Of a DNA stretch of 64,000 bases, positions 62,084-64,000 are shown in pieces. Under the pieces are notes generated by a model, which was not told where the DNA came from, did not search any database, and saw nothing but the letters and a program-made list of their open reading frames with translations. Numbering within the stretch: the first letter of the stretch is position 1; each line of letters begins with the position of its first letter. Made by a program: the position numbers and the translations under genes. The DNA is from an uncultured Thermococci archaeon (GTDB lineage: Archaea; Methanobacteriota_B; Thermococci; Methanofastidiosales; B48-G16), in the NCBI GenBank assembly GCA_964595645.1, contig CAZQQT010000006.1:64001-128000 (forward strand). Direction: 5' to 3'.

Positions 62084-62716
62084 ATGATGCCCTACAACAT
62101 CCTCGCCTATTTCGTTGGATTAAACGCTTTTGTATATCTTGCAATTCACGTACCATTAGACATTTTCACCCTTTTGAACAAGGAACAAAAAGAAAAAGAT
62201 GGAACAAAGGAGTATTCGCGCTGGGAGAATAACGCTCTTGTTGAAATTCTTACGATACTATCCACACTCTACTTCTGGGCATTCTTCCTCTGCTGGCCTG
62301 TTGTTCACATCATGTTCGACATGGAACTCTCTCTTTTGTGGCATATTACTCTTCCGTATTCGGAAGCGATGCAGTACCTTGGTATGGTACTAATCAGTGC
62401 AGGAACATTTATTGCGTGTGCCGGGCGGATCGCACGGGGGCAAAATGCAATTTCGTGGGGTGTGCCCAAAGAACTAACAACACGATGGGGATTTAGAGTT
62501 GTTAGGCACCCCCTTTACGCCTCATACTGTTACTACTTCATTGGTATTCCCCTCACCATGCAAACTCCTCTTCTGTTCCCACTTATACTTGGGGTGATTG
62601 GATACTATCTCACGGCACAATACGAAGAAACTATCCTCGAGACAGAGTTTGGAGAACAGTACCGTCGATATCAACAGGAGGTAGGAATGTTGATACCTTT
62701 TGTAGGGAGAAAATAA
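62084..62716 (+). CDS. Isoprenylcysteine carboxyl methyltransferase family protein
   Basis: L.T..GF..VRHPLY, EE..L...FG..Y..Y. Confidence 0.85.
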   Translation: MMPYNILAYFVGLNAFVYLAIHVPLDIFTLLNKEQKEKDGTKEYSRWENNALVEILTILSTLYFWAFFLCWPVVHIMFDMELSLLWHITLPYSEAMQYLGMVLISAGTFIACAGRIARGQNAISWGVPKELTTRWGFRVVRHPLYASYCYYFIGIPLTMQTPLLFPLILGVIGYYLTAQYEETILETEFGEQYRRYQQEVGMLIPFVGRK

Positions 62717-62770
62717 CATATTTAAAGATTTGTTTCTCATGCCTATTAAAGAGCATATAGGGCGAACCGC

Positions 62771-63952
62771 ATGGTGAAAGTCCAAGTAATAGAGAATGTG
62801 GAAGAGGCTAGAGAGGCACTTAAAAAAATTGGTGTGTACAGTGATAGTGTTGATATCATGGCACCTAAACTAGTGTTTAGAACAATAAAACTAAAAGATG
62901 TGGACTCACGGGCGGCAGCGATAATAAAACAGGAGATGCTCTCCGTAGGAGGCGAGGCTGCAGTTTCACGAGGAGTGATCGACTTCAGCACCGATAGAAC
63001 AGATATCATCCTCGCAGGGACCCTGAAGCACTATAGAAGACTGATTGCAAAACTCCAGCGACAACCCTTCGGGCTAAAGGAGATCGCCCAAAAAATCAAC
63101 GAGCTGCTCAATTATGCCGATGCTCCGATACAACCTATGGAATGCAGAGATTACACGCTCAATTTTACTCACACATTAATAATGGGAATCCTCAATGTCA
63201 CACCTGATTCCTTTTCGGACGGTGGAAAATTCATTGACTCCGAGCGGGCAGTAGACCGTGCCAAAGAAATGGTGGCAGAAGGTGCAGACGTCATTGATAT
63301 TGGGGGAGAAAGCTCGAGACCTGGATCGGAAAGAATCTCTGAAGAGGAAGAGTTATCCCGAGTAGGGTCTGTAATCGAAAGAGTAGTAGAGGAGGTAGAC
63401 GTTCCTCTGTCCATCGATACCTTTAAACCGAATGTTGCGAGGGAGTGCCTGAAAATGGGTGTCCACCTTGTGAATGACATTACAGGGCTCAGAAATGAGG
63501 AAATGATCGACGTCGTAGCAGAGTATGGTGTGCCTGTCGTGGTGATGCACATGCAGGGGATGCCGAACACCATGCAGAAGAACCCCACGTACGATGATGT
63601 AACCGACGATATTGTTCTCTTCTTACGTGAGAGCATTCAAAATGCGAAGAAAAGAGGTGTGGAGAAGATCATCGTTGATCCTGGTATCGGATTTGGAAAA
63701 ACCCTCGGGCATAATCTCATAATACTCAAGAAGCTACGGGAGTTCAAGAGCCTCGGCTGCCCGATCCTCGTGGGTCCCTCACGAAAATCATTCATTGGAA
63801 ACATCACAGAACTGCCGGTAGAAGAACGGGTAGAGGGTACCATCGCCTCGGTTGTTGTTTCTATTCTCAACGGAGCAAATATTGTACGGGTTCACGATGT
63901 GAAGGAATGTAAAAGAGCTGTGCAGATTACGGATGCAATACGGTGTATATGA
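62771..63952 (+). CDS. folP: Dihydropteroate synthase with N-terminal extension
   Basis: MGILNVTPDSFSDGG, IGGESSRPG, DPGIGFGK, SRKSF, VRVHDV. Confidence 0.95.
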   Translation: MVKVQVIENVEEAREALKKIGVYSDSVDIMAPKLVFRTIKLKDVDSRAAAIIKQEMLSVGGEAAVSRGVIDFSTDRTDIILAGTLKHYRRLIAKLQRQPFGLKEIAQKINELLNYADAPIQPMECRDYTLNFTHTLIMGILNVTPDSFSDGGKFIDSERAVDRAKEMVAEGADVIDIGGESSRPGSERISEEEELSRVGSVIERVVEEVDVPLSIDTFKPNVARECLKMGVHLVNDITGLRNEEMIDVVAEYGVPVVVMHMQGMPNTMQKNPTYDDVTDDIVLFLRESIQNAKKRGVEKIIVDPGIGFGKTLGHNLIILKKLREFKSLGCPILVGPSRKSFIGNITELPVEERVEGTIASVVVSILNGANIVRVHDVKECKRAVQITDAIRCI

Positions 63953-64000
63953 TGAATAAAATACTGTTGAACAATGCCCGTCTCTCGTGTCACGTAGGTA
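63949..64000 (+). CDS. folB: Probable dihydroneopterin aldolase, 3'-partial
   Basis: MMNKILLNNARLSCHVG resembles the FolB N-terminus and overlaps the folP stop; only 17 codons visible. Confidence 0.55.
   Translation, partial: MMNKILLNNARLSCHVG

Overview
Archaeal chromosome segment, shown by archaeal uL10/P1, Spt5, SecE, Alba, GGTGA Shine-Dalgarno sites and TATA promoters. A Thermococci-related lineage such as Methanofastidiosa or Theionarchaea is plausible but is only inferred. Positions 1-24150 are an integrated element or island abutting the 3' end of tRNA-Asn(GTT); the second att site is not visible in the window. Its GC-rich backbone comprises an SNJ2-like tyrosine integrase, a wHTH/AAA+ helicase-like/Zn-protein operon and a second, catalytic-domain-only tyrosine recombinase with a res-like site. 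AT-rich cargo interrupts this backbone: candidate defence genes (two UDG-superfamily proteins, a PD-(D/E)XK nuclease with a YaaA-like partner, a NucS-like fusion, HNH-HhH, HEPN-like), an Sm-like protein, an IPCT/DIPPS-like enzyme, a TA pair between two ~195-bp repeats, and several decayed genes. Positions 24156-64000 are mostly core genome: the ftsZ-secE-spt5-rpl11-rpl1-rpl10-rpl12 operon, tRNA-Cys followed by two TA modules, copA, a box C/D sRNA, a short TGT homologue, alba, a very divergent PGK-fold protein, aspS, mre11/rad50, mscS, PEP carboxykinase, an SF1 helicase and folP-folB. The best candidates for undescribed biology are the glycosylase/nuclease cluster (4242-6835), the element-borne Sm protein, the duplicated control region with a covarying palindrome, and the PGK-like protein. 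All family calls come from motif recognition by eye; no searches were run.
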